From IMG/VR virus record IMGVR_UViG_3300010885_080481: a stretch of DNA of 64,000 nucleotides; one strand, 5' to 3'. Below the pieces are notes generated by a model. It had not been told where the DNA came from. It made no database searches and saw only the letters and a program-made list of their open reading frames with translations. Both the position numbers and the translations under genes were made by a program. How positions within the stretch are numbered: position 1 is the first letter of the stretch; every line of letters starts with the position of its first letter. Positions 26,738-37,542 of the stretch are shown in pieces. Origin of the DNA: a virus (lineage: Duplodnaviria > Caudoviricetes).

Positions 26738-29242
26738 ATGGGTTGTTTAGTAGACGCAGGAATTTTAAATCCTGATAAAACGCTGTCTCAAAATGCAAAA
26801 GACAACTTTATCAAGGAGGTAAAAGAGATAATAATTTACGGATCAGCGAATACTCCTACTCCTTCTCTTTTTGGATGTGGAGATGAAATACCTCCGACAC
26901 CTGGAGCTACTTTTGAAAATATTAAACTAGAAGACGAAACAATCTACGGTTCATTCCATAGAGATATATTAAAAAATAAGTATGAAAAATTTGCAGCTGC
27001 TTTAGATGTAGAATCCACACACAGCTTGTTACCTCTAATCGCTGATCCTCTTGCATTGGCTGGCAAGTTAGGAGTTGACCTTCCTGCACCATCATTCCCG
27101 GATGGATTTATACCGTACTTTTCAGGTCTTTTAATTCCAAAACTTAGTTTAGATCTTTTTGACGCAGGAATACCAGACTATCTATTCCCGCCTGCCCTCG
27201 CCGCAAAATTACCAGATTTTATTTCAATACCACAACCACCAGCCTTGTTTCCTCTTCCTGCAGCTCTTCCCCCTCCTATTCCGGGAGTGACTCCTCCCCC
27301 GCTGCCAGAAATAACTCCTCCAGAGTTTCCTGACATACCTCAACCTATTGACCTAGCAATACCACAAGTTCCTACTCCTCCAGTTGAGTTAGCTTTAGGA
27401 GAACTCTTGTCCGTCGACGCCGCAATAGTTACAACCATACCTAAGTTATTGGGCGGCATAATCGCGGATATTCCAAAATTAGTTTTGAAATTGACTGATT
27501 TACCTTCATTATTTTCTGATATTTGCAAAAATGTTTCTGAGTCAGGGATATTTGGTGAAGAAAAAGAAAATGAAAAATTAAAAAAGATCTATAACAGAGT
27601 TTTGTCAAAAAAACTTTCTTCTTGTTTATTTGTTGCTGCACTGGCTTCGACGATAGGTTCTGGAAAAGGTAGCGTATCTTCCGCTGTTTCTGAGAAAGCT
27701 ACGAACGTACCTGCTCCTCCTGCTCCTCCTCCAACTCAGGCCGAGGCTCCTTCTTGGCAAGATAGAATAAAATCAAAAGCTGATCAGTGCGCTGGTTTGT
27801 CTTACGGAGGAGATCGAGAAAACTACGTTCAAACTCTTTATTACATCGAATACGTAAATTCGACCCTTGCGAGTAACAACGTGTCGGTTTATGGAAAGCC
27901 TGTAATACCAGCTAGATTACCAGAAAAGGGAACCAAATATCAATATCAAGAAGATCTAGTAGAAGCTTTTTCTTCCAATATTATTTCTGGAACCAACGTC
28001 AGCGGCGGCCCACAAGAATTAGGCGAAGCAAATAAATACGGCGTAGAAGATAGCTACGGATTCTATAAATATGTTTTGCTTTCAGGACAAACAGATTCAT
28101 CTTGTGCTCTGTTTGCAAGATCTTGTCTTTATTCAGCAGGGTCAAAAAATGAATTTATGATATCTCAATATCCACCTTCAACTGCAATAGCTGGTCTCAG
28201 AGGGTTGGCTACGTTAAAAAATTACAATTGGTTAATAAAACAAAACGATTCTACTTTTGTGACAAACGATCCATTGTTTACATACTCCAACAGTGTCCTT
28301 GACAAAACTGACATAACAGTACTCACAGACGGGTGGTCTCTAAAAGCAGATTTAACGCCTGTATATGAAAACCCAATATTACAAAATAGTGTTAAGAAGC
28401 AAGAAGAATTAGCTTGTATTTCTTTGTATATGCTGCAAGGAATTGCAGAGTCTTCAGGAAAGTTTCCTGCTCTTGAAATCGGGGATATTTTAATAATGAA
28501 ATCTCCGGCGTCTGCAAAAAGGACATTTGATGATACTCACATAGCAGTCGTTTACGGAGATGTGAATGACGGGATCGAATTTAAGAGACAACAAGATATT
28601 AAAGACGGGAATTATACTTTACCAAAATCTATACTGGTCGTTGAAGGTGGATTAGAAGATGATTTGAATAAAGGACCTGTAAATAAAAATGCCAATAATC
28701 TTTTGCCACAAGCCGCGTATGATGAGTGGGTAAAATTGAGAGATGATTTTGTAAAAAGCAAGAAAAATGATGAAGGACAAAAAAATAAATTAAAAGGATA
28801 CGCAAAAAAAGCATTTTTTTTAGATGATGGATCGGTTCGGGTGATAGCTCCTGACGGTCTTGTTTCTAGTGATGAAACTGAAAGACTTACCGTCCCTCGG
28901 CCGACAAGAATAGATCGCGGAAATTTCAGCGAAGGATATATTAAAACCGGAGGAAATAAGGAAACAGATGGATTTTACATAAGAAAGGTGGGGACAAATA
29001 AAATTGGAGGAGATGGTCCTTTTAGACGAGTGGAAATGATTATAAAAACAAAGAATTTTTTGTCGATAGAATTAATTGAAAAAGAAAACCCTGAAGCGAA
29101 AGATCAGTGTCGTTTAGCTTTAGCAATGCAAGATAAGCATCCGATAATGAAGAAATTTGTTGGTGGGTTGAAAGATAAAGTTAGGTTAGGTTTATTAATA
29201 CCTGAATTATTCCCTTCTTGGCCCCGCCGCCCCAAAAAGTAA
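26738..29242 (+). CDS. Baseplate-associated protein with Pro-rich N-half and putative CHAP/NlpC-like papain-fold domain
   Basis: Pro-rich tract ~27180-27385; SCALFARSC (Cys456), GDILIM, HIAVV (His601), VVEGG (Glu636). Confidence 0.5.
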   Translation: MGCLVDAGILNPDKTLSQNAKDNFIKEVKEIIIYGSANTPTPSLFGCGDEIPPTPGATFENIKLEDETIYGSFHRDILKNKYEKFAAALDVESTHSLLPLIADPLALAGKLGVDLPAPSFPDGFIPYFSGLLIPKLSLDLFDAGIPDYLFPPALAAKLPDFISIPQPPALFPLPAALPPPIPGVTPPPLPEITPPEFPDIPQPIDLAIPQVPTPPVELALGELLSVDAAIVTTIPKLLGGIIADIPKLVLKLTDLPSLFSDICKNVSESGIFGEEKENEKLKKIYNRVLSKKLSSCLFVAALASTIGSGKGSVSSAVSEKATNVPAPPAPPPTQAEAPSWQDRIKSKADQCAGLSYGGDRENYVQTLYYIEYVNSTLASNNVSVYGKPVIPARLPEKGTKYQYQEDLVEAFSSNIISGTNVSGGPQELGEANKYGVEDSYGFYKYVLLSGQTDSSCALFARSCLYSAGSKNEFMISQYPPSTAIAGLRGLATLKNYNWLIKQNDSTFVTNDPLFTYSNSVLDKTDITVLTDGWSLKADLTPVYENPILQNSVKKQEELACISLYMLQGIAESSGKFPALEIGDILIMKSPASAKRTFDDTHIAVVYGDVNDGIEFKRQQDIKDGNYTLPKSILVVEGGLEDDLNKGPVNKNANNLLPQAAYDEWVKLRDDFVKSKKNDEGQKNKLKGYAKKAFFLDDGSVRVIAPDGLVSSDETERLTVPRPTRIDRGNFSEGYIKTGGNKETDGFYIRKVGTNKIGGDGPFRRVEMIIKTKNFLSIELIEKENPEAKDQCRLALAMQDKHPIMKKFVGGLKDKVRLGLLIPELFPSWPRRPKK

Positions 29243-29246
29243 AAAT

Positions 29247-29269
29247 AAAAAGGCGGACCGTCTTTTTTT
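29247..29269 (+). terminator. Candidate intrinsic terminator
   Basis: AAAAAGGCG-GAC-CGTCTTTTTTT: stem with one G.U pair, then a T7 tract, right after the 29242 stop. Confidence 0.55.
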
Positions 29270-29276
29270 GCTTTCG

Positions 29277-29283
29277 ATATTTA
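29277..29283 (+). promoter_or_regulatory. Candidate late-promoter motif ATATTTA
   Basis: 5 nt upstream of the GTG start of the gp25-like gene; one of five exact ATAYTTA intergenic copies. Confidence 0.4.
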
Positions 29284-29288
29284 ATCGA

Positions 29289-29756
29289 GTGGCATCTTTT
29301 AGCTTCAAAAGTTCTGGTAGAAATACTTCGTTTAAAACTACCGACGTCCAACCGCCTACTGTCATCATTCCCGTTGGCATAAAAACGCCTCTTCAGTTGG
29401 GCGAAAAAGATGTATTTGCGATGCATTACAGCCTCGTCGATCAAGTTCACGATAATTTGCGAAATTTATTGTTGACTAACTGGGGTGAACGTTTGGGATT
29501 TTACTACTTTGGCGCAAATTTAAGAGAGCTGACGACAGAGATATCCAACGTTGACACTTTCGATGAACTAGCTATTCAAAGAATTAAGCAAGCAGTGGGA
29601 ACCTGGATGCCATTTGTTAATTTAAAAAACTTTTCCTCTCAAATAGATGATGCCAGCGATAACAAGACAGGAATTATAAAAATTACTATCACCTACAGCG
29701 TTCCTCAACTATTTATTGAGAATCGAGCTCTTCAGATATCTTTGTTCGTAATATAA
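29289..29756 (+). CDS. Baseplate wedge protein, gp25/lysozyme-like fold
   Basis: DNLRNLLLTNWGERLG.Y.FGANL, I..AV..WMPFV.L, KITITYS. GTG start at 29289. Confidence 0.85.
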   Translation: MASFSFKSSGRNTSFKTTDVQPPTVIIPVGIKTPLQLGEKDVFAMHYSLVDQVHDNLRNLLLTNWGERLGFYYFGANLRELTTEISNVDTFDELAIQRIKQAVGTWMPFVNLKNFSSQIDDASDNKTGIIKITITYSVPQLFIENRALQISLFVI

Positions 29757-29772
29757 TAAGAGTTAAGTTTAT

Positions 29773-31614
29773 ATGGCTTCAGATAACAACTTAAAACAGT
29801 TTAGAATTAGAAACTATCTCGCTAAAGACTTTGATTCTTTAAGAGCTCAATTGCTTGAATACGCTCGGCTGTATTATCCCGATAAAATTCAAGATTTTTC
29901 TGAAGCTTCAGTCGGTGGATTACTTCTAGACCTTGCGGCTTACGCAGGCGATGTGATGACTTTTTATTTGGATCACCAATATAACGAACTAGATCCAAAT
30001 ACGGCCGTAGAAACTAGAAATATAGAAAAAATCATTAGAAATTCAGGCGTCGTTATCACTGGAGCTTCTCCCGCTGTTGTCGAAGCCACGTTATCCTTGG
30101 AAGTACCAGCTACCTTAAATACTTCTACTAACTCTTATGAGCCTGTGGTCAGCGCAATGCCCGTGGTAAGGCAGAATACGCAGTTTACTTCTTTTTCCGG
30201 GATAGATTTTACTCTCTTGCAAGATTTAGATTACAGCAGAAAAAAGTCAGATGGAACATACGCGGCTAACATAAAAATTGCCAGAGTCGGTCTTGACGGA
30301 AATCCATTGACATTTTCTATGTCTCTTTCAGGAGTTTGCATTTCTGGTAAGCAAGCTACTGAAACTTTTCCTTTGGGGGTTTTTACACCTTTTCCTACAA
30401 TTACGCTTTCAAATAATAACGTGACCGATGTCTTATCTGTGGTCGATAACAAAGGTAACACTTATTATCAAGTCAATTATTTGACAGATGATGTCGTCTA
30501 TAAGAACGTAATAAATCTAGCAAAGGATTCTGAAGAAATTTCAGACGCTTTAAAAGTTATACCTGCTCCTTACAGGTTTGTGACGAAAGTAGATCTATCT
30601 AATAGAGCTACAACTCTTATATTAGGCGGCGGAGAAGATACAAGCATAGACGATGATGTGGTACCAGACCCATCTGATTTTGCTGTTTCTTTTCCATACT
30701 CAAAAATCTTTACCAGATCTACGCTAAATCCTTTACAACTATTGAAGACTAGAACGTTGGGTGTTTATGCGCCTAATTCTGTTTTAACTGTCACTTATCG
30801 TTACGGCGGCGGCTTATCTCACAACGTTTCTGCAAAATCTTTAAACTATATTTCTACTCTTTTGATAGATTTTCCCAAGAATCCTCCTTTAGAGATAATC
30901 TCTACCGTAAGAAATAGCTTGTTGGTAACCAATGAAGCCCCTTCGTCAGGAGGAGAAGATGCTCCGTCTACTGATCTCTTGAAGAACTTAATACCTTCTT
31001 CAAAAAATTCACAGGATAGAATCGTGACGAAAGAAGACTTGTTGGCTAGAGTTTATTCAATACCGACAAACTTTGGTAAGGTTTTCAGGGCCGCGATTAG
31101 ATCTAACGAAAACAACCCGATGGCTTCTCAACTCTTTATAGTTTGCAGAAATTCAAACTCCAAGTTGATGTACGCATCTGATACGTTGAAAGAAAATCTC
31201 AGAAAGTATTTGAATCCTTATAGATTAGTGAATGACGCCATCGACATTTTAGATGCTTACATAGTGAATCTTACTTTTGCGTTTGATGTTCTTGTAGACC
31301 CATCATTGAATAAACAAATTGTGTTACAAAATGCATTAATAGAAGTTAAAAATCTGCTAAGGACTACAAATTTTTCGATAGATCAGCCGATCATTATTTC
31401 TGAAATCACTAATGTAATATCTAGAACGCCTGGGGTCGTTTCGGTCATTAATGCTACATTCTATGGCATAAATGATGTAGTAAATAACCGTACCTATAGT
31501 AACGTAACATTTAACGTAAAAGATAACACGCGAAGAGGAATGATCTACCCTCCTCCTGGCGGAATATTTGAGATAAAATATCCTGAGGTTGATATAGTTG
31601 GAAGGGCAGTCTGA
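29773..31614 (+). CDS. Baseplate wedge subunit (T4 gp6 / baseplate J-like)
   Basis: KDFDSLRAQL, DFSEAS.GG.LLDLAAY.GD, YRYGGG..HNV, SSGGED, QDRIVTKED...R, YL..YR..ND.I.I.DA.IVN. Confidence 0.88.
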   Translation: MASDNNLKQFRIRNYLAKDFDSLRAQLLEYARLYYPDKIQDFSEASVGGLLLDLAAYAGDVMTFYLDHQYNELDPNTAVETRNIEKIIRNSGVVITGASPAVVEATLSLEVPATLNTSTNSYEPVVSAMPVVRQNTQFTSFSGIDFTLLQDLDYSRKKSDGTYAANIKIARVGLDGNPLTFSMSLSGVCISGKQATETFPLGVFTPFPTITLSNNNVTDVLSVVDNKGNTYYQVNYLTDDVVYKNVINLAKDSEEISDALKVIPAPYRFVTKVDLSNRATTLILGGGEDTSIDDDVVPDPSDFAVSFPYSKIFTRSTLNPLQLLKTRTLGVYAPNSVLTVTYRYGGGLSHNVSAKSLNYISTLLIDFPKNPPLEIISTVRNSLLVTNEAPSSGGEDAPSTDLLKNLIPSSKNSQDRIVTKEDLLARVYSIPTNFGKVFRAAIRSNENNPMASQLFIVCRNSNSKLMYASDTLKENLRKYLNPYRLVNDAIDILDAYIVNLTFAFDVLVDPSLNKQIVLQNALIEVKNLLRTTNFSIDQPIIISEITNVISRTPGVVSVINATFYGINDVVNNRTYSNVTFNVKDNTRRGMIYPPPGGIFEIKYPEVDIVGRAV

Positions 31615-33146
31615 TGTATAAGATACTATCTGCAGACAAAGATTCTTACATAACCAACAGAGTAATAGGTACCGTTGGCTCTGGTACTTTGATGGTCAAT
31701 TCCAACGTGGGACAAGCAGGTACTCTGGATCTATTTAAACTCTATGGAGCAACGTATGCTTCAGGCAACATACCTAACACAGAGTTAACTAGATTGCTAG
31801 TTCATTTTGATCTATCACCAGTTCAAACGTTGGTAAATGATGGCAAGCTAAACGTCAATGACAGCAGCTTCAATTGTTACCTGAAAATGTTTGATGTCTA
31901 TGGTGGTCAAACAACACCTCAAGATTTTGATGTAAAAGTTTTCCCTTTGTCCAGATCATTCTCTGAAGGGAATGGAAGAGATGTAGTTTATTATTCTGAC
32001 TTTGATGTTTGCAACTTTTTAAGTTCTTCTTACTCTGACGGCGCATGGTTTATCACCGGTTGTGCGAAAGGTGGCGGGTCTGATGAACTTTGCGACTATA
32101 TTACTTCTTCAAATGGAATCAGCTTTAATTCTACGCAACACTTTACGATTGGAGAAGAAGACTTAAATGTTGATGTCACAAAGATAGTGTCTGCAACCCT
32201 AGCAGGAACGATACCTGATAGCGGCATGAGAATATCATTCTCCCAGCAAATAGAGAATGACAAATACTCTTACTTCGTTAAGAGATTTGCCTCTAGGTCA
32301 GCATATAATACTTCAAAACGTCCTAGATTGATCGTCAAGTACGATGATTCTCTACAGGATGATACTCAACTTTTGCGTTTTGATACGCCTGCAAATGTTT
32401 TCTTAAGAAATTATTCTTATGGAGATCTATCAAATATACTGAGCGGTTCAGCCCTTTCAGCGATCACAGGATCTAATTGTTTGACTTTGAAGTTATCAAC
32501 TCAACGCTCTGATGGTAGCGGATCATACAACATTTATTTTACTGGTTCTCAATATTCTAATGGTCTTAACTCGTTTACTGGAATATATTCAGCTTCTGTG
32601 TTTTTGCCGCAGACAGATGCCGTCCTAAAGACAGAGTTGTTAAAATCAGGATCCGTCAAATTTACACCAATCTGGAGTTCTTTGGATGGAACAGTCACGT
32701 ATTTGACAGGTACTTCGATCTACGCTTATCCTCCTCAGACATCCACAAAAGCGATAGATTTTTCTAACTATGTAATCTCTACTTCTGGTCTAAAGACTTC
32801 TCATAGATCTGATGAGGAAGTCTTTGTTAGGTTGAACATATTCAACCATTCCTCACCGTACATAAAATTGGTAAAAAGACCAATGGAATTACCAGGAATC
32901 GTGATAAAGAAATGTTATTATCAAATTAGAGATTATTCATCAAATGAAATTTTGATACCCTTCGATGAGACATATAACTCAACGAGAGTATCAAGCGATG
33001 ATTCAGGAATGTATTTTAAGATTGACATGACGAATCTGTATAAGGATAGAAGTTATGCCTTAGACGTAATGATCTCTTTGGCCGGTAACAAAAATGTCTA
33101 TAAGACAGTCAACGTGTTCAATGTTAGCGATTCTGCTTTAATGTGA
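31614..33146 (+). CDS. Baseplate/virion structural protein
   Basis: Coupled to the gp6-like gene; YKILSADKDSYI, LLVHFDL, KRFASR...PRL, RVSSD..GMYF. Confidence 0.65.
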   Translation: MYKILSADKDSYITNRVIGTVGSGTLMVNSNVGQAGTLDLFKLYGATYASGNIPNTELTRLLVHFDLSPVQTLVNDGKLNVNDSSFNCYLKMFDVYGGQTTPQDFDVKVFPLSRSFSEGNGRDVVYYSDFDVCNFLSSSYSDGAWFITGCAKGGGSDELCDYITSSNGISFNSTQHFTIGEEDLNVDVTKIVSATLAGTIPDSGMRISFSQQIENDKYSYFVKRFASRSAYNTSKRPRLIVKYDDSLQDDTQLLRFDTPANVFLRNYSYGDLSNILSGSALSAITGSNCLTLKLSTQRSDGSGSYNIYFTGSQYSNGLNSFTGIYSASVFLPQTDAVLKTELLKSGSVKFTPIWSSLDGTVTYLTGTSIYAYPPQTSTKAIDFSNYVISTSGLKTSHRSDEEVFVRLNIFNHSSPYIKLVKRPMELPGIVIKKCYYQIRDYSSNEILIPFDETYNSTRVSSDDSGMYFKIDMTNLYKDRSYALDVMISLAGNKNVYKTVNVFNVSDSALM

Positions 33147-33150
33147 GTAT

Positions 33151-36100
33151 ATGGCAAACTATAACGTCAACCAATACATTCCTTCTTTTATCAAGGCAGC
33201 TTCTGCTGGTGATAATCGTTTATACGTTCTGAGGTTTGAGGATTTACCTGAATCAGATGTCGAAAATGATGATTCTTTTGCCTATACCTCTGAAGGAACA
33301 GCGCTCAAATCAACGCAACAGCTGAACGTAGATTGGACCAAATTTGAGAATCATACATTTTTTATGTCTGCAGAAGCCAAGGTTAACTTGGCTTTTGAAC
33401 AGATCATAAACAACTATCCATTCGACGGTACTAAAGAAGAAATAGAGAGTTTTTTTACTAAATTAACTGGATACGAAAAGTGGGTATTTGATCAATTCCC
33501 TAAATACAAAGGAGAATTGCTCTTTTCAGGTACACAACTCTCAGAAACAACTCCTAATAAAGGCACTTACATAATCGTTAAAGACATGCCTGGTGCCTTG
33601 TTTCCTGAATTGAGTCCAAAGGTGACGACTAATTCAGCTGTGTTGAATCCAAAAAACAAGAAATCGATGAGTATAGAATTTCATCTATACATCCCTAACA
33701 TCTCGACTGATGGAACGCAGGTTGTGTTTCAAAAGATAAATGATGTAGATAATCATGGATTTTCTTTTAGATTAAAGCCGACGATGTCAACCACCCAGGC
33801 AGAATCTCAATTTGAGATCTTTGCTGGAACTTCCGCGATGACTGTCGCCGCGAATCTAGAGAAAGGAAATTTTAATCATATTTGTTTGATTTACAATCGA
33901 GAAAAAAATCTACCAATTTTACAGTTTTACGTGAATGAGAGTCTAGTGGCTGAGTCTTCACAAAATATTGAGTTCAGCGATTTGAAAATAGATTATTCAG
34001 ATTTTATCATAGGGTCAGGCTCTCAATACAACATCTCCACCACCATAGTGACGCCGCAACAAACATTGTCTGGTGTGTTGGACGAATTTAGGGTTTTTCA
34101 TGAGGTTCGTTCACCTTCTCAGCAAACTTCTTTTGCTAAAAAATCGATATATTCAACCCCTAGCTTAAAGCTTTATTACAGATTTAACGAGCCTCCTCCA
34201 CCTCTTTCTCCGTTTGCTAACGACGTTGTCAATTCAATTGTCTTGGATAGCTCTGGAAACTCTCTGCATGCATATATTTCAAACTTTTCAGATGAATTAA
34301 GAAAAGATGCAGAGACGGACACGAATAGCAAGATGATTTACGAGAAAAATCTGCTGTCTCCGATTCTGTTTCCTGCTAATGAAGACGTTTTATCTCTAAA
34401 TGCTAATCTGTTGGCAGCGGCAAAAGAGTATGACGAAGTTAATCCTAACCTAATAACCAAACTCATACCTCGGCATTATTTGCTGGAAGGTGCCGCGCAA
34501 GAAGGGTTAGAGACCGTAAACCAGAACAATGGATCTCCGTATGGCGGAACGGGGATACCAGGACAGGGCAAGCTTAACAACGTTCAGTTAATGCTTTCTT
34601 TGCTTTACATATGGGCCAAATTTTTTGATGAAATCAGGTTGTTCATTGACGCATTTTCTAACTTAAAAAATGTTGAATATGACACCAACGAAAGTATTCC
34701 TAACAATTTCTTATTTGACATAGCGAAGAGTTACGGATTGTTTCTGCCTCCATTATTGAACAACTCTACAATCGAGCAGTACGTCGATGGTGAGAATATA
34801 GACGCAGCTCAAAAAAGCAATGAACAGTTATCGTTACGATCTGTACAACATGAGTTATTGAGACGAATTTTGATAAACGTTCCTTCCGTTATTCGATCAA
34901 AAGGTACTCAACATTCTATTAAGAGCTTTTTAAGAGCTGTTGGAATAGATCCTGATAGCAGCATGCGTTTTAGGGAATATGGCGGGCCGACGTACAAACA
35001 CCTCATAAAGTCTAGAGAACAAAAGACAGACTTAAATGCGATGATAAATTTCGCAACATCGTCTTACGTGTTCTCCACGTATCTATCTGCCTCCAGATAT
35101 GAACCAGGTTATCCGCACCCAGCAGGTACGTTTACAAGCAAAGATCAGTATGGTTTATCTATATCAAATGATCCTGATGACGGTTTATTCACCTCAGGTT
35201 CATGGTCTTATGAGTCAATTGTCAAGTACAACTTGAAGTCTGTTCCCCTGCAGAACTTAACTCAATCTATTGTTAGAATGTGTGTGACGGGTTCGAACAT
35301 AGCAAACCCTGGTCTGCTAGCAAACCTGGTCGCATTTTATGATGAAAATCAACCAAAAGTAGAGTTGTACCTACGTCCAGGTAATGCCGCCGCCTCCCCG
35401 TTGCTTTCCATGGGATTGCAATTACCAAAAGAAGCCATCTTTGGTGGAGACATTTGGAACATTTCCTTTGGATGTAATCGCAATGACAACTTCGGTTCTG
35501 TCGCCTCTTCTTCGTACTATCTTCGTGTGGGTTCTCAATCGGATGGGGAGTTGAGATATTACGAGACGACATCTTCTTACTTTTATGAGTTATCTTCTGG
35601 AATGCCTAATGAAAACGCTTTCCGACAGTTGAACTCTCAAACAAATGCTTCAGGAACTTTTTTGGCGTTCGGTTCAAACCAGGTGGTGCCTGTTGGAACA
35701 ACTTCGGCCTACCTGTACTTGAATAATTCTAACTATTCACCTGCAGCTGCCAGAGTGACAGACTTTAATGGTAGGCTTGCTAAGGCCAGATTTTGGTCTA
35801 AACAATTTTCAGAAAATGAATGGATTGAACACATACGGAATTATCAATCATTAGGTGTCGAAGATCCTAAGAAAAACTACAACTACCAAAAATACATCTC
35901 TGGTTCTTTTGAGAAGCTTAGGTTAGATTCGTTCACCAAACAGACCGAGAAGATTGCATCAAATTCTGGTCAAATAACATTTTTGGATTTTAGCGAAAAT
36001 GAAATGCATCTTTTTGGTTCAGGATTCCCAACAAATGAAAGCAGCGTGACTCCTGAGTTCTTCAGGTACTCTTATCTTTCTCCCTACTTCGATGAAGCTA

Positions 36101-36612
36101 TATCCAGCGATAAGATAAGGGTTAGAGGGTACAATGATGAAAGTTTAATTCAACAGTATCCCTGGGCATCTTTTGCTCCTGTTCACGAAATACCAAGATC
36201 AGAAAGCCCCACAGACGATGTTAGGTTTTCTATAGATTTTTCGCTTGTTGACTCGATCAACAGAGACATTGCAAATATGTTCTCTACCTTTGAGTCTTTA
36301 GAAAATTACATAGGGTCTCCTGAGCTCGTCTACTCTCCCGACTATCCTGATCTAGAAAGATTGAGGGTGAATTATTTCAATCGTTTAAAAAAGAAATTAG
36401 ACTTCAAAGCATTCTTTGAGTTTTATAGCTGGTTTGACAGCACTGTTAGCACATTCATCGAACAGTTGTTACCTAGAAAGACGGCATACAAAGGAACAAA
36501 CTTTATCGTAGAATCTCACATGTTAGAAAGAGCCAAGCACGAATATTATAGCACCGATATATACTTAGGAACTCCTAACAGAAATAACATTGTCGATAAA
36601 TTTTCTACGTAA
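33151..36612 (+). CDS. Large baseplate protein with LamG/concanavalin-like domain(s) (gp7-like wedge candidate)
   Basis: SIEFHL, FNHICL.YN, FIIGSG, SGVLDEFRVF, LKLYYRFNE (LamG). C-terminal half has RSKGT..SIK..LR..G and NFIVESHMLER.K. Confidence 0.7.
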   Translation: MANYNVNQYIPSFIKAASAGDNRLYVLRFEDLPESDVENDDSFAYTSEGTALKSTQQLNVDWTKFENHTFFMSAEAKVNLAFEQIINNYPFDGTKEEIESFFTKLTGYEKWVFDQFPKYKGELLFSGTQLSETTPNKGTYIIVKDMPGALFPELSPKVTTNSAVLNPKNKKSMSIEFHLYIPNISTDGTQVVFQKINDVDNHGFSFRLKPTMSTTQAESQFEIFAGTSAMTVAANLEKGNFNHICLIYNREKNLPILQFYVNESLVAESSQNIEFSDLKIDYSDFIIGSGSQYNISTTIVTPQQTLSGVLDEFRVFHEVRSPSQQTSFAKKSIYSTPSLKLYYRFNEPPPPLSPFANDVVNSIVLDSSGNSLHAYISNFSDELRKDAETDTNSKMIYEKNLLSPILFPANEDVLSLNANLLAAAKEYDEVNPNLITKLIPRHYLLEGAAQEGLETVNQNNGSPYGGTGIPGQGKLNNVQLMLSLLYIWAKFFDEIRLFIDAFSNLKNVEYDTNESIPNNFLFDIAKSYGLFLPPLLNNSTIEQYVDGENIDAAQKSNEQLSLRSVQHELLRRILINVPSVIRSKGTQHSIKSFLRAVGIDPDSSMRFREYGGPTYKHLIKSREQKTDLNAMINFATSSYVFSTYLSASRYEPGYPHPAGTFTSKDQYGLSISNDPDDGLFTSGSWSYESIVKYNLKSVPLQNLTQSIVRMCVTGSNIANPGLLANLVAFYDENQPKVELYLRPGNAAASPLLSMGLQLPKEAIFGGDIWNISFGCNRNDNFGSVASSSYYLRVGSQSDGELRYYETTSSYFYELSSGMPNENAFRQLNSQTNASGTFLAFGSNQVVPVGTTSAYLYLNNSNYSPAAARVTDFNGRLAKARFWSKQFSENEWIEHIRNYQSLGVEDPKKNYNYQKYISGSFEKLRLDSFTKQTEKIASNSGQITFLDFSENEMHLFGSGFPTNESSVTPEFFRYSYLSPYFDEAISSDKIRVRGYNDESLIQQYPWASFAPVHEIPRSESPTDDVRFSIDFSLVDSINRDIANMFSTFESLENYIGSPELVYSPDYPDLERLRVNYFNRLKKKLDFKAFFEFYSWFDSTVSTFIEQLLPRKTAYKGTNFIVESHMLERAKHEYYSTDIYLGTPNRNNIVDKFST

Positions 36613-36627
36613 AAGGTACTACCTGAT

Positions 36628-37542
36628 ATGAGCGATGAACTTAGTAGAGCTTTTCAACTTTTAACGCCGAAAAAAGACACAGCATTTTTCTACGGTTTTT
36701 TGCCAGAAAATAAAAACGAGTACTTTGAAGACAATACAAACGTAGATCTAGATTCTAAGCTAAAAAATTCAAATTCAAACCAATATTTCATCACGGGTTC
36801 CGTGATTGACACTTCGCAAATTGATCCTTATAGACAAGGCGTAGAGCTAACCAGCTATAAACAATTTTACGTAGGCATTGATAGAGGAGTCTGTAAGATA
36901 CATGCAGGTGAACCTGGACACGTTCTAAGGAAGAACCACTTTGGAACTGATAGAAATTTTAGAAAAGAAAACTACTACTATGACATCGAATACTTCAACG
37001 CGGTAACTTACTTAAATTCTGACAGGGTCTACACCTATCCCATTATAACAGGAGATAACTCAGAAACAGAAAATTACAATTTTAACGGCGTCATCGAGCC
37101 ATTGACCATCCGAGCTTTGGTTTCTTTCTTCAGCATTGACGTTCCGTTTGAAGCTCATGATATAAAAGCAAATATTGAAGACGGAAATGGTGACATAACG
37201 AGGTCTCACAGCAAGGTTATCAACATCTATGAAAGAAATCCTTCTCATAGAATTGTTCCTTGGCTTGATATGATTGATATGGTTGGAGAAGTAAAGAAAA
37301 TTCCAACTATGGGATTTTTTAATGATGATAAATCTTTTATTACACCTTTTAACGATCAAAAATTTAAGGTAGAATTATCAAACAACTTAGAAGGAATTAT
37401 GAAATCAGCCGTTATGCGTTTGCAAGGTTCGACTGAAAATTATGTGCCTGATCTTTATGTATCAGCTCCTTGCGGGTGGATGTACGATGATGCAACCATG
37501 AAAGGAACTGATTCTTTAGCATTTGGAGGCCTTGCTTATTAA
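36628..37542 (+). CDS. Hypothetical virion structural protein
   Basis: In the baseplate operon; NGVIEPLTIR; ends GTDSLAFGGLAY. Confidence 0.6.
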   Translation: MSDELSRAFQLLTPKKDTAFFYGFLPENKNEYFEDNTNVDLDSKLKNSNSNQYFITGSVIDTSQIDPYRQGVELTSYKQFYVGIDRGVCKIHAGEPGHVLRKNHFGTDRNFRKENYYYDIEYFNAVTYLNSDRVYTYPIITGDNSETENYNFNGVIEPLTIRALVSFFSIDVPFEAHDIKANIEDGNGDITRSHSKVINIYERNPSHRIVPWLDMIDMVGEVKKIPTMGFFNDDKSFITPFNDQKFKVELSNNLEGIMKSAVMRLQGSTENYVPDLYVSAPCGWMYDDATMKGTDSLAFGGLAY

